Source of the DNA: Paraphysomonas bandaiensis | Lineage: Eukaryota; Protista; Chrysophyceae | DNA: 64,000 bases | Assembly (NCBI GenBank): GCA_965644295.1 | Contig: CBFFRP010000428.1 | Span: 62,001 to 126,000, forward strand | Reading direction: 5' to 3' | Part shown: positions 26,001 to 37,419 of the stretch, piece after piece | How positions within the stretch are numbered: position 1 is the stretch's first letter | How the letters are laid out: every line of letters starts with the position of its first letter | Translations under genes and position numbers: made by a program | The notes under the pieces: generated by a model | The model's database searches: none | What the model saw: the letters and a program-made list of their open reading frames with translations, nothing else | What the model was told of the DNA's origin: nothing

Positions 26001-26438
26001 GTATCCGGAATCACTCTGGTGCTCTGCCGGGTAACCACTAGACACGTCACTATCATATCGGTTGCTTTGGTAGGGATATCTCTCAGCAGCATTTCCACTG
26101 GATTCCAGAGAATGGTAAGAGTGCTGCGTGTCATCCACAGGAGTGCTATGAGTGTTTCCATAGTATCCCCCTGATGACTGATGAGTGGGAGGGGTCCACG
26201 CAGGATAAGGGGCTGATGGGGACGCTGCTGATGATGATGCCGAACCGGAGTACCTCTGTCCATAAGATGGGCCAGTAGGTCCAGTATTAGGTGTATAGTT
26301 TGATCCTGTCGAGGGGTTATGAGGGCTACCATGACCACTATTCGAGCCCATCTCATGAGCACCACTTACACCACCACCACTGGACGATGACCACTGATTA
26401 ACACTGCGATCTCTCCTCCTAGCATGAGTGGGAAACAT
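23058..26438 (-). CDS. Ankyrin-repeat protein with a long disordered N-terminus and 26-aa tandem repeats
   Basis: Ankyrin motifs (GRTCLHLAA, GLSALHVAC, GKTSLHCAI); about 4 x 78-nt repeats at about 25085-25410; in-frame 48-nt GT-AG intron near 24485-24532. Confidence 0.9.
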   Translation of the reverse strand: MFPTHARRRDRSVNQWSSSSGGGVSGAHEMGSNSGHGSPHNPSTGSNYTPNTGPTGPSYGQRYSGSASSSAASPSAPYPAWTPPTHQSSGGYYGNTHSTPVDDTQHSYHSLESSGNAAERYPYQSNRYDSDVSSGYPAEHQSDSGYRHSHDQYDQSEHTHNTSDDYPYQSDKNEYHRSPEYNYEATQQYDYQHNDGVTTYDTNPRPHYDETECGQQHLSDDQHYERDSYNPEPRETAGFVVPSRSWAPPDQQYRQQQQPVKPRSSGPFPGQPGYKWTPPAAVQAFQEFTDYDAPVTSGRSDAGSVGSTHHKSQADSPQHHGLSSTALAAAAAADGADYSMRTNGHGYAEPAEHAPYDPQAAEQRWKPPSANDHVYAEPTERAPYDPQATEQRWKPPSASDHSYAEPTERAPYDPQATEQRWKPPSANDHGYAEPTERAPYDPQATEQRWKPPSSNPVVHAQLEETSSHYQIPHSEPYYMSGQPLNIPPSKREGTLPADGAFIEWAKMQPTQEVVRRMEQQGIKADTGTDKAGNTLMHGACETGNLSLVFLLYELYPATQLSVTNNSGLLPVHIACQKGMIHIVKFILDNKHADASVTTRDGRTCLHLAAQNNHIELVTYLVEVMPHEALWKTESCGTTVCIKCVMYVILFSGLSALHVACMENHVEVVKALTRAPGADLSLTDSRGRTSLDIACDGGHLSLVKEILSLADGLRPDLTTHSGTNGYTCLHWACANHQYAVIKHLVQEERVNTSARDTNGLTPDKVVDDAVVSFLVTGSSVHIQGPSSSRNDQSESPSVAPWAGVSLRKSGRSVNEEASQATPEPAPKCSSSPSRFKNKPYVPPTNPTFLPPKPADEAKLAASRERSLSKMKAKEQVDVPGKRWDCHGFQSHSAGAASEPVKSGVGQPTEKPPVKRLSIDKDNWIKPSEDDVPKYKGENDAREVIRAAVENDSQSSDEESADSNPVPATTIAAAKQDESVLFDWVKLDSKVAELENFLGITPNIKVDVNKISDGDTGDSLLHVACVSGHLAIAQLLVEGVGSDVNRVNNEGKTSLHCAIASERVLIVRYLVKYCGAALDIKDKSGKTALDLCNEMPRNSNTEEITRIVSKAQGKSVEKRTKINLPVFG

Positions 26439-27041
26439 GTTTAACCACAAACGAATCGATCGAATTCAACTGATGGAGTTTGTTTATTTGTGGGGCTGGT
26501 TATGATGCAGCTGCCTCTCTGTGTGTGTATGCGTGTACTGTACATACATACATATATATATATATATATGGGCCGGGTGGAGGACGCACAGCAGTATGTA
26601 GAGGGAGATATCAACGAAATATTTAAATTAAATATGGGAAAATATGGGATTTTAATCCTTCTTGTATTATAAAATTCTGTTTTCTATAAATAATTCGTTT
26701 TTTCAGGTTTGATATACCCCCACTTTGCCTCGACTTGAAATATTCGTTCAGTTGTATTCTAGAATACATATTGTATACAGGCAATATTTGTCTGGCGATA
26801 CGGAAAGGAAGAGCAGCAGATCTGCCGAGCTGTGGAGATACATACGAATACACTGTATATGGAATAATACCGTGTATGCCTTGTGCAGTTGAGCAGAGCG
26901 TATCTTGCAGCGTATCCATCACACGCACACACACAGCGGAGTGCTCGACTCCCAGCTCTGCATGTGCATGTGCATCATATCGTTGTATATCGTACCTCAA
27001 ACCACTTTAAACACTCTGCACCCCTATCAGACCTTCTGTTG

Positions 27042-30000
27042 ATGTCGAGTAAGGTGAACTATACCGGATCAGGAGCCCCTATGCGATCCATGCGGTCCGT
27101 GAGGTTCTCTCGCTCTCAGACGAACATTGCGAACAGAGCACTGCAGAGAACTCTCTCACGAGCGGCTACTAAGAGCTCTCTGGGTCTCATGCAGAAGAAA
27201 GCAAGCTCACACTTTGTGTTCGTTGAGAACGAAAACGACGAATGGGTTCGCTGCAAAGTAACGGGCCAGGAGGGCTCTGTGTACCACCTCGAAGAAGACT
27301 GCACTGGAAATAAGTTAACAGTGGACGCATCCTTCAGAGATGTGCATCCATTGTGGGCTTGCATACATATGTGTATGTGTGCAAAGCAATACCCAAGTAC
27401 AGAAGTACAAAATAATGATTATTATCGTATAATGAATCATGAATAATACTGTCTACAATATCAACGGCTAATAATACTGTCTACAATATCAACGGCTAAT
27501 AATACTGTCTACAATATCAACGGCTATTGCTAATCCCAACAATCACATTCCCTACAGTTTGTATTCCTAACTACATGGTACACGTATACAATACAGTACT
27601 GTACTACTAATCATATAATACAGGACATGTACACGTATATATTCTATATGTAAGTGGATAGTCCTACACTACCTCCCCTTATAATTGATGTGTTAATGTG
27701 TTATATTGACACTCAATTCTGTAAACTTTGTTATTAATCTTCTTCATCAGAAGAATAAACCACATTTCGAGGTAGTAAATTTCTTACATTTTCATCAGGA
27801 TGTTGAGTTAGGAAATTTTGTAGAGCATACGTTTTTCTAACGTTAGCCCATGGTTCCCATGTAGGTTTTTCATACCCTATCCAATGTACTAGAAATTTTA
27901 TTTGACTTTTCGGACCTTTAGCTCGACCTTTTATTTTTGAAATATGGTCAATAGCATAAAAGTTTCCACCATCTTTACATGCCACTTGTAAGGGGTCAAT
28001 AGTAGAGGGATCGTAATTAAATTCCCTTAATTTCTTTATATGATAGTCTTTATTACGTTTAGTAACAATATCTTGAAGAGTATATTTGTCTCCAATAACA
28101 TTGACTACTCGCATTGGACCTTTAAGATATGGTAATAACTTACTTGCCGGTCCAGGACGTAAAGCATTTTGTCTATGCTCAACTAACACATAAGAATTTA
28201 TTGGAAATTCTTTTGTTTGTATATTTGGTGCAGTTGCCATGTGGATTTCATCATGTTTGCGAAGATTTCGTCTTGCAACATCCATAATAGTGGACTGAAC
28301 CTTTTGTATTCTATCTATCCAATGTGATAGCTTTTGTTCGTTCCTGTCCAAGTTCTCATTGTGTTCAATGAATAAACTCTTATCTAAATCTACTGCATTC
28401 CCAAATAGAATACTAGCGGGAGTAACGCCGGTGCTTCTATGTTTAGAAGAATTCATAATTCTTTGTACTAAAGGTAGATACATTGACCAATTATTTAGTA
28501 CATTTTTATCAAATATAATATTTCTTAAGTGCCTTAAAATTTCTTTATTAGCACGTTCCACTATAGCATTTTCTTCTTTAGAATACGCCATCGAAAATGA
28601 TTGATTACTTCCAACCATTTCTATCAATGATTTTGTTAAATCATCCACAAATGCTGGTCCAAGATCCGAATGAATCTCAATAGGTGCTCCATATCTACCC
28701 AGGTGTTGAAGCAATCCCCTTTGCCGCCGCCATGGCAGTGAGATTCTTAGTAGGGATTAATTCTACCCACCTAGAAAAAGAATCGATAATCACTAATATA
28801 TTAGTGTATCCATCCTCATCTGGATGCAGACTCTGAATAAAATCCACTGCTATTCTTTGCATCGGGCCATATGTTGAGACAGTAAAGGGATGAGCATTAA
28901 TTATTGGTTTAATTCTACTCATCTTTTGACAACAAGGACAAGTTTTAATAAATTTTGTCACATGTGCCCCTTGCTTTGACCATTTATGACCATTGTCTCG
29001 TAATTTTTGTATTGTACGATCAATACCATGATGACCTGTAACATTGTTATGAAATCTTTTAATAATTTCCCATTCCTTGTTTGGAACTTTAATATCGGGA
29101 ATTAGGGAAGCACATTTTGTTTCCATTTTAGATTCTAATGCACATAGTCTACTAAATGCATCAGCAACAACATTATCAGATCCTTTAATATCACATAGAT
29201 CATAATCATATGCTTGGAAACATTTCAACCATCGCTGAACTTTCTTATCCTTAGCGTAATCAGTTCTCAACTGAGTAATATTTTTATGATCTGTTTTGAT
29301 CGTAAAGTATCTATACCTTAATAGGTAGTCCCATTTATCTAAGGCATAGTATATAGCATATCCTTCTTTCTGAGGTGTATCCCAATTCATCATTCTTTCA
29401 TCGAATGTTTTACTGAGAAATCCTATTGGACGTTCTACACCATCTACTACTTGGTAGAGGTATGCTCCTATTCCATAATCAGATGCATCGGTCAATAAAT
29501 ATATTGGTGACTCGTCATCAATGAAAAATAATGTTGGACATTCATGGATCATCAATTTGATCTTTTCAAATGCTTCATTGGCATCCTCTGTCCATTGTAG
29601 ACGTTTACGTCTATGATAGTTGAGAAGCATTTTATTTAACGGTCTCACCACTAAGGAGTGGTTGTGCACGTGATCCCGAAAATAATTTGCCAATCCGAGG
29701 AAAGATTTTAGACCCTTCATAGTTTCAGGCTTTGGGAAATTTAATACACTATCCAGACGTTCTCTAGTAAAGTGTAACCCTTCCTCATTTAGAGTATGTC
29801 CTACATATTGTACTTCGGACTCTCCTATTTTCACTTTCTCAGGATTAATGTAAACATTGTATTTCCTGAAGCGTTCTAGAACTTTAACGTAATTTTCAAT
29901 TAGTTCATCTTCTGTAGAAGCATATATAATCAGGTCATCTAGATATAATTCACATATGAACATAATCAACCCGGCAAGCACAATTGTTGTTAATACTCGT

Positions 30001-33000
30001 TGAAAGTATGATGGAGCACCACTCAAACCCATGGGTAGTCGGAGCCATTCGAATACTCCCCAGAAGGTTATAAATGCCGTCCACTTTCTCGAGTACTCTG
30101 AAATTTTAGCCTGGTAATAACCAGATACTAAATCCAGAATTATGAAGTATTTGGGTTTCTTAGACCCAATACGTTCTAACATTTCTTTGATGTTAGGTAT
30201 TGGCCAACGTTCCCTCTGTGTGTGCTTGTTTAGACCTTTATAGTCTACACAGAATCGCCATTTATCATTTGGTTTGGGAACTAATAATACCTGGCTATAA
30301 TAAGGAGCCGTACTTGGTTGTATTATTCCATGCTCCACAAATGTATCGATTTGCTTTTTACAAGCATACTGTCGTACTCGATCCATCTTTCGTGGCGGAC
30401 CACAATGTTTTGGTTGTTCCCAAGCATCCCTATCTACCTCTAATTCAAAAGGTGGAACATCCATTGGCATATCCGACACTGTGGTTCTAAATCTATCCTT
30501 ATAGATTTCATGGATTTCTCTCACCCTCCTTTGTAAAGATTCGGGACCAGAGATTTTAGTTGGTAACGTAGTACCTTCTACTTTTTCCTGAGTATTTGTA
30601 ACTATTTCTTCTGGGATTGACTCCAGATAGTTATCTCTAATCTCGCCTATATCTTCCTTTTCATATGCACTTATACGCATGGATGATATTGGAGGTGAAT
30701 ACATAGTACTAACCAAGCTATTACTTGTAAGTAAATTATTATTATAACTAAGGTGTTCCTTAGCTTGGCGCCTTAATGTTTCCATGTTATTATAACATGT
30801 GGCTCTCTCACTAATATGTTCCGAGAGAAGCTGAGTCTTCTCAGCATGGCCCGCGGCCGTAGCTAGCATTTTCCCTGCTAACTCTCTTTCCATAAAGTGA
30901 GATGGAAAATGATCAACTAATCTATATTTCTTGATAGTTTCTCTACCAATTATGATATCAAAGGTGCTATCTATTATCAAACATTGCAACTCAATATCAA
31001 GAGTATTGTTATACTCATCAGTTAATCTTATAGTTATTATCATATATTGCTTGCTACTACAACAAGCATTATCAAGCGCACTACAAATTTTAATGTTACA
31101 CTCGTGCAATGGAATATTATACCTAGCAACTAACATATCAGCAAGTTCTTGGTTAATGAAATTATTCCCAGTAGCCCCCGTGTCCAATAAGGCTTTAGCT
31201 CTTAGATTTTCCTTTACCTGTTGTACATTGACATCAGCTTTAGGATATACAAAGACATCGAGCATATCATTATTCATGTCAATAGCATTTATATATAAAC
31301 ACTTAGGGCATGATAACTTACTTGTTTTCGATCTTGGAGGACCATCAGGATTCTCCACATAAGGGCAGGTACTCCAACCCATAACCGCATATTTTTTGCC
31401 CTGTGTGGAATCTTTCCATGGCTTCTTTTCATGGTTAGCCCATGCACAGGTTTTGCGGGTGCAGTCACCTTTATGAAGATTACCGCATATCCAACATGCT
31501 TCCTTAGTATCAGTTGTTGCTTTAGTACTTGAGGATGAGCTGGAGGATGAAGTTTTTGTATTCTTAGTCTTGTTAGACTTAGATGTTTCTTTGGAATCCA
31601 ATTTAGTTTCCATCCTCTTTACTTTTCTCACAGCTTGACTATAGTCATTGTTAAGCTCTCGCACCTTTCTACAGAATGCTCCGAAATCTTTTGGTGCAGA
31701 TTGACCTTGGCCTATATCCGCTATAAATTTCTCTTTGGCATCCTTTCTGAAGGAATGTCCGCCCACAAGTTTAATGTTTTTCTTGAGGGTTTTGACTATG
31801 GTATCCGAGGCTACCTCTGTGAGACTTGCCTCCGGAATGAGCTTATAAAGCTCATTCAGACGTCCATATTCTTTTAAGAATACTTTAGGAACATGAATAT
31901 CCACCTTAACCTTTGGTCCAATGATATTATCTATGAACCTAGGAAGAGGCTCCAATGTATCAGAGTATCGCTCCTCTTCCTCTAGAAAGGCTTGCTTTAA
32001 CCACTGAATCAATTCCTCAGTAGTTACAATGTTTGGATCTAGCCAGTCCTCGTCAGACTCATCTCCAAAATCCTGCTGTCGCTGAAACTGAAGCATATCA
32101 CGCACTGTTGGTGCCATGATTTCTGACCTTATGAATTTTGTCCCTTTAGGATCTCTTTTCGAGAGATTTTCACAAAATTCGATGATATCCTCATCTTGCA
32201 CACTACCTAAGTAGGGAATAGAGTCGGTATTGATTACTTCATGTGGAGTGGATTCCGTCGCAATGACTTCATTCAAGTCAATGCGCTCACTCCTGTTGGG
32301 GTGCGGATCTCCACTCCTTTGCTTCTTTCTCTTTGGTTGAGAAGAAGAGAGCTCACGAAATGATACTCCACTCAATTCTCCTTCAGCCTCTACTGATGTC
32401 TCAGTTTGAGGAGAAGATTGCATTTGAGATGATGTTGTTGCATCTCTTGCTCGTTTTCGAGAGGATTCTCTCTCTCTTTTCGTCTTTTTAGACGAAGAAC
32501 CCGAAGCAGCTAACAATTCCTCTATTTGAGGAGCTGCTTTTATTTTGCTTCTCTTACTTTCCCCCATAATATTGTTATATCACAGAGATTGAGTACTACT
32601 TATTAAGTAATATTACTGTGGGCTTGCATACATATGTGTATGTGTGCAAAGCAATACCCAAGTACAGAAGTACAAAATAATGATTATTATCGTATAATGA
32701 ATCATGAATAATACTGTCTACAATATCAACGGCTAATAATACTGTCTACAATATCAACGGCTAATAATACTGTCTACAATATCAACGGCTATTGCTAATC
32801 CCAACAATCACATTCCCTACAGTTTGTATTCCTAACTACATGGTACACGTATACAATACAGTACTGGACTACTAATCATATAATACAGGACATGTACACG
32901 TATATATTCTATATGTAAGTGGATAGTCCTACACCATGCAATAGTAATGTTGTAACGGATATGACACATTTAAGGCATTTGCACGAACCTGCCATTCTTC

Positions 33001-36000
33001 ACAATCTCCGTGAGAGGTATTCTGTACAACAGCCGTACACCTTCATGGGAAGCGTACTTGTGTCAGTTAATCCTTTTGAGTGGCTTGAAGAGGTTGATAT
33101 GGATAAGTATGTGGGAAAGTTGCTTGACCCCGATGACCCCCATCCTTATGCTATTGCAGGTAATATTTATCTTTCTCCACAACAAAGTTGTTAATCTTCC
33201 TATTCATAGAACTCTGTTACCAGCAAATATGTGTACGAAGCCCGTTGAATCAATCCGTAGTGATATCTGGTGAGAGTGGGGCTGGGAAAACAGAGGCGGC
33301 AAAGATGGTACTTAGTTATATAGTGCACCGCGCATCGATAGGAAGCAATGTCGAGGAGAAGCTTATTAAGTCGTCGCCCATCCTGGAAGCCTTTGGAAAT
33401 GCCAGAAGTGAGTACTAATATGAAATTTGTGGTCTTACTCTTAGTATGTTTTGCAGCTGTAAGAAACTTAAACAGCTCCAGGTTCGGGAAGTATATGAGA
33501 ATCTATTTGAACCCTTCAACTGAAGGGAGAGACAGAAGTATTGCGGGGGCAGCAATTGAAACTTATCTACTTGAAAAAAGTAGGGTCATTGATCAGTCCA
33601 CAGGAGAGCGCAATTTTCATGCTTACTATTGTCTCCTGGCTGCTAAACGTGAGTCTTTTTTGTAGATTATCCTTTGCATTGTAACTACCTGTGTAGAACA
33701 CTCTGAGCCAGAGACAGAGAGCATTCAGATCTCTTCCTCCCCGACTGACTACTCTATCCTATCTTTCTGCGGGGACAAAGACACCATTGGAAGTTTAGGC
33801 ACTATTGAGCAGTACAGAGAGGTTGTTGGGTGTATGCGGTCACTTCAATTTGGTGACAGGGATGTTATTGCTTTGTGGAGTATTCTTGGGGCAGTGTTGG
33901 AAATAGGAAATATTGAATTCAGGGACGAAGATACTTCGGAGGGGGAAGCTGCGGTAATTTCAACCGAAAATGAATGCTCGCTAGCAGCAAATTTACTTGG
34001 AATATCATCCACAGCTTTGAGTGACACTTTGACGAAGAGAGTCATCACCACACGAGGAGAGAGTTACACTAAATCGATGAATTCAAAGGATTCCGCGAAT
34101 GCAAGAAACGCGTTATGCAAATTTCTGTATGAGTTCACATTCACCACAATCGTCTCAGTGATAAATAGGTGTCTAGCAGAGTCCACGCCAAATGCAAATA
34201 CACTAAATTCTATTGGAGTCCTTGATATTTTTGGGTTTGAGTCGTTTAAAAGGAATGAGTTTGAACAGCTACTAATTAACTACGCCAACGAGGTACTCCA
34301 GAGCACCTTTAATCAACAAGTGTTTCAGAGTGAGCTACGTTTGTATAAAGAAGAAAATATATTTTCCGAATTATCTGAAGAAGAGTGTCCGAATAACTCT
34401 CATTGTGTGTCTATTATCTACACAAAGCCACCAGCTCATAGTATTCTAGGTGCGCTAGTGTCCGCTTGTCAAGTTGGAAATGGAAGTGACGAAGTGTTTT
34501 TCGAAAATTTACACAAATCATTCGGAACTGTAAAAGATCCCGAAATCAGAAAAATTTTTCCTAAAGTTCATCCGAAGGATCAACGTAGAATATTTACGGT
34601 GTGTCATTTTGCAGGCTCCGTTACATATACTGTAAGTGAAGGGGAAACTAATTCCTGGTTGATGAAGAACAATGATGATATTCCCGCTGGTACAATAGAA
34701 CTTCTCGGAAACTCCGAAAACGGGGTTATAAAATCATTTACAGCTCAAAATATTGGCTCTTCTACTATCGGTAGAAGATCATCGATTCGGAAAGTTACTG
34801 TGGTTGATCGATTTACGGCATCAATGTCGACACTTTGTTCGACCCTGTCATCTTCGACCTGCTCGTTTATTCGCTGTATAAAACCAAACCCTAGGCTTTT
34901 GCCACGAGAATTTGACACTAAGTATTCTATTGACCAGATTCGTTCACTTGGCTTAGTACAGGTGTGTGCAGTGATGAAGGTAGGTTTACCCATGAGAATA
35001 TCTTTTGAGGAGATACGATCTATTCTTGGGCCTATTACCACTGATATGGAGAACTTGTTCATCGGAGAGCCGGAGGAAGTATTCATAGCATCACTTCTGT
35101 GGGCACTCGATATTCCTCAAAATGTATATCACCTAGGTAGAACACGCATTTTTCTAAAGTCAGGGCAAATTGAAACTTTTGATAAAATTATATCGACTGA
35201 TTTCAAGGACCAGAGAGGGGCCATTCAGGCTCGACTTGAAGAAGCCTTGAGAGCACGAGCGGAGTGTAAAGAGATGTTGAGAGATCTATCAGATCAGCTT
35301 GAAGAAGTTTTAGAGTTAGCTGCATGTTCGAGAAATATAGCTGAGTCTTTGGCTGTATCATCAATTGAAGTCGGAGAAAGAGTGAAAGCACTAAAAGGAA
35401 CTTTTAATTCTGTCAAAGCGCTTCAAATTGATGAAGTGATGAACACCCTGGCGATATCTCAACAAGCCATAAGCGATGTAGAAGTGTATGGAGAGGACGT
35501 CAAGTCTTCTGAGCATTACGATGTGGTTCAGAAAATCATAGATAATGCAAAATCTCAACTGAAGTATTGTGATTCTGTGTGGCACACGATTGACACCAGT
35601 GCTGCACTTGTCGAAGACTTCTGTGCGAGTGGTTCAGATGCATCTATTGGGGCTATGATGGCACAGCGCTGGGAGGAGCTACAGGTTCTAGAAGATAGTC
35701 TTCGAGATTGTCAACGGTAATTCAATACTTGGAGAGTGACGTTTTAATGTTGGGTTTAGGCTAATGCAGCAAATATCGCTGGAATGCAACCACTGTATCA
35801 TGAGTAGTGTCGAGAGCAAGGTGGAAGAATGTGAAAATGATCTTGGCATAATAAAATATCGATTTAAAAAGTTTGTTGTGGTTATTGGCGATGGTGAGAA
35901 GGCTGTTTCTACAACTGGGGCCGGAATTAGCGATATGGATGCTTTGGTTGAGACTATTCGCACAATGTCTGCGGATGCAAAATTAGCTGCGCATAAAATT

Positions 36001-36971
36001 ATGCAATTGTGTGAAGATGCCAAGCAGAGTACAACCCAGATACGAGACAAAATTGCTAACGATGCCGCTGAACGAGAAGCACGCGAAGTTGAAGCCAAGG
36101 AAAGAGAAGAGTCAGAGAGAAAACGAAGAGAAATTGAGGAGTTCAAAGCCATTGAGGATATGGTAGGAGCCGTTGGTTTTGTCATCAATAATTCATAAAA
36201 TTGATATATTCCTTGTAGCGTTTACAAAGAGAAGCCAATGCACTACGACAAGCAACTACTTTAGCACGATCTATGCCTAGTTCACGATATGTGCTCGATA
36301 GTGAAGACACTTTATCTCAATCTGATGAAGAAGTGTGTGTCAGTACAGAGAGTTTACAAGAGGCTGAAGAGGCCATCGCAAACGAACTAGAATCAGAAGA
36401 TTTACCTCCTGGATGGAAAAGAGATTTTGATAACACCTTTAAGTCGAATTGTTATATTAATACATTGACTGATGCTGTTCAATTCGTGCGACCTACATCT
36501 CCAGCAAAGGTTTCGTTTGAAAAAAATCCCACGGAAAAGCTTGAAAGAGAAGGATTGCAAAGTGATGAATCAGAAAGTCAATCTTCTCTAGATGTTCAGC
36601 TCCGCACTATGGATGTTGATGAGGATGAAGAAGTTGTAATAAAAAAAGGGACTTTGCAAAAGCAGGGAAGAGTATTTGGAATGTGGAAGAAAAAATGTAT
36701 GGTGCTGCGCGGCTCAGTATTAGAACAGTACGAGTCGTCTGCATCTTATGTCAGTGGAGCTGCCACACACAAGCGTATGGTATTGTCGGATAAATCAGAG
36801 CTCCAATTTGGTGGTTATGGTCTGTCTTTTACAGTATCAACTGAAGACGTGGAATGGACGTTTCTGGCAGAGAATAAACGTGAACTGGACGCGTGGTTGA
36901 AATGCATACGGAATGCTATTATTAAATTATATGACGACAGATTTCGAAATATTTGCCATGGATCGAAATAA
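27042..36971 (+). CDS. Unconventional myosin (motor, coiled coil, WW, PH), interrupted in exon 1 by the Gypsy element
   Basis: [50 protein letters not shown]; WW-like LPPGWKR...QFVRP; C-terminal PH-like KKGTLQKQG...WLKCIRNAI. Confidence 0.93.
27734..28714 (-). CDS. Gypsy integrase core, GPY/F motif and chromodomain (frameshifted from the upstream ORF)
   Basis: IHSDLG...[17 protein letters not shown] and [18 protein letters not shown]. Confidence 0.92.
   Translation of the reverse strand: MLQHLGRYGAPIEIHSDLGPAFVDDLTKSLIEMVGSNQSFSMAYSKEENAIVERANKEILRHLRNIIFDKNVLNNWSMYLPLVQRIMNSSKHRSTGVTPASILFGNAVDLDKSLFIEHNENLDRNEQKLSHWIDRIQKVQSTIMDVARRNLRKHDEIHMATAPNIQTKEFPINSYVLVEHRQNALRPGPASKLLPYLKGPMRVVNVIGDKYTLQDIVTKRNKDYHIKKLREFNYDPSTIDPLQVACKDGGNFYAIDHISKIKGRAKGPKSQIKFLVHWIGYEKPTWEPWANVRKTYALQNFLTQHPDENVRNLLPRNVVYSSDEED
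28695..32567 (-). CDS. Gypsy Gag-Pol (gag, protease, RT, RNase H, start of integrase)
   Basis: [38 protein letters not shown] and integrase HHCC, in PR-RT-RH-IN order. Confidence 0.95.
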   Translation of the reverse strand: MGESKRSKIKAAPQIEELLAASGSSSKKTKRERESSRKRARDATTSSQMQSSPQTETSVEAEGELSGVSFRELSSSQPKRKKQRSGDPHPNRSERIDLNEVIATESTPHEVINTDSIPYLGSVQDEDIIEFCENLSKRDPKGTKFIRSEIMAPTVRDMLQFQRQQDFGDESDEDWLDPNIVTTEELIQWLKQAFLEEEERYSDTLEPLPRFIDNIIGPKVKVDIHVPKVFLKEYGRLNELYKLIPEASLTEVASDTIVKTLKKNIKLVGGHSFRKDAKEKFIADIGQGQSAPKDFGAFCRKVRELNNDYSQAVRKVKRMETKLDSKETSKSNKTKNTKTSSSSSSSSTKATTDTKEACWICGNLHKGDCTRKTCAWANHEKKPWKDSTQGKKYAVMGWSTCPYVENPDGPPRSKTSKLSCPKCLYINAIDMNNDMLDVFVYPKADVNVQQVKENLRAKALLDTGATGNNFINQELADMLVARYNIPLHECNIKICSALDNACCSSKQYMIITIRLTDEYNNTLDIELQCLIIDSTFDIIIGRETIKKYRLVDHFPSHFMERELAGKMLATAAGHAEKTQLLSEHISERATCYNNMETLRRQAKEHLSYNNNLLTSNSLVSTMYSPPISSMRISAYEKEDIGEIRDNYLESIPEEIVTNTQEKVEGTTLPTKISGPESLQRRVREIHEIYKDRFRTTVSDMPMDVPPFELEVDRDAWEQPKHCGPPRKMDRVRQYACKKQIDTFVEHGIIQPSTAPYYSQVLLVPKPNDKWRFCVDYKGLNKHTQRERWPIPNIKEMLERIGSKKPKYFIILDLVSGYYQAKISEYSRKWTAFITFWGVFEWLRLPMGLSGAPSYFQRVLTTIVLAGLIMFICELYLDDLIIYASTEDELIENYVKVLERFRKYNVYINPEKVKIGESEVQYVGHTLNEEGLHFTRERLDSVLNFPKPETMKGLKSFLGLANYFRDHVHNHSLVVRPLNKMLLNYHRRKRLQWTEDANEAFEKIKLMIHECPTLFFIDDESPIYLLTDASDYGIGAYLYQVVDGVERPIGFLSKTFDERMMNWDTPQKEGYAIYYALDKWDYLLRYRYFTIKTDHKNITQLRTDYAKDKKVQRWLKCFQAYDYDLCDIKGSDNVVADAFSRLCALESKMETKCASLIPDIKVPNKEWEIIKRFHNNVTGHHGIDRTIQKLRDNGHKWSKQGAHVTKFIKTCPCCQKMSRIKPIINAHPFTVSTYGPMQRIAVDFIQSLHPDEDGYTNILVIIDSFSRWVELIPTKNLTAMAAAKGIASTPG

Positions 36972-37419
36972 TGAACGTATTTTGCACAATTTAAAGTGTC
37001 TTTCTATAACCCCTGAACTGTTCGCACCATTAAATGAGAATATTTATAAATAATAATTCTGCTATTTTCAAAAGCATTTTGTCGACATTGATAATTCGTT
37101 ATTTGTTTCTCTGATCTGATGCTTTACGATTCTTTAAATGGACAGCAGTGTGATCTACCTGTAGGGACTTCGTGCTTACCTACTAGGCACCTATCTAGTA
37201 GGTACATACCTATAGGTAGTAGTGAATGTCTCATTATGAGTAAATTGTAGCATTGCAATTTACTAACCAGTGTTTAACTCTGATAACCTACTATTTAGCG
37301 CTACGAAAGTTGCTTGTGCGTACCTATAACAGGTATTTCTAGCGACACTACCTATAGGTGAGTGTCTACCATTTACCATCTATAGCTACTATAAGTGCCT
37401 CAATAGTAGGTTTATTATC

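Larger units (their letters stand above)
27352..32933 (-). mobile_element. Ty3/Gypsy LTR retrotransposon (chromovirus-type), 317-bp LTRs, 4-bp TSD CCAT
   Basis: LTRs at 27352-27668 and 32617-32933 (TG..CA, one mismatch seen); PPT AAGGGGAGGTAG on minus strand next to 27668; TSD at 27348-27351 and 32934-32937. Confidence 0.97.

Noticed and set aside
27445-27527. Three 28-bp direct repeats, considered as a CRISPR array
   Set aside because: No spacers and no cas genes; internal tandem repeat of the Gypsy LTR, present in both LTRs.
37150-37410. Cluster of ACCTATAGGT-like palindromes
   Set aside because: Degenerate low-complexity sequence; boundaries and TSD could not be defined.
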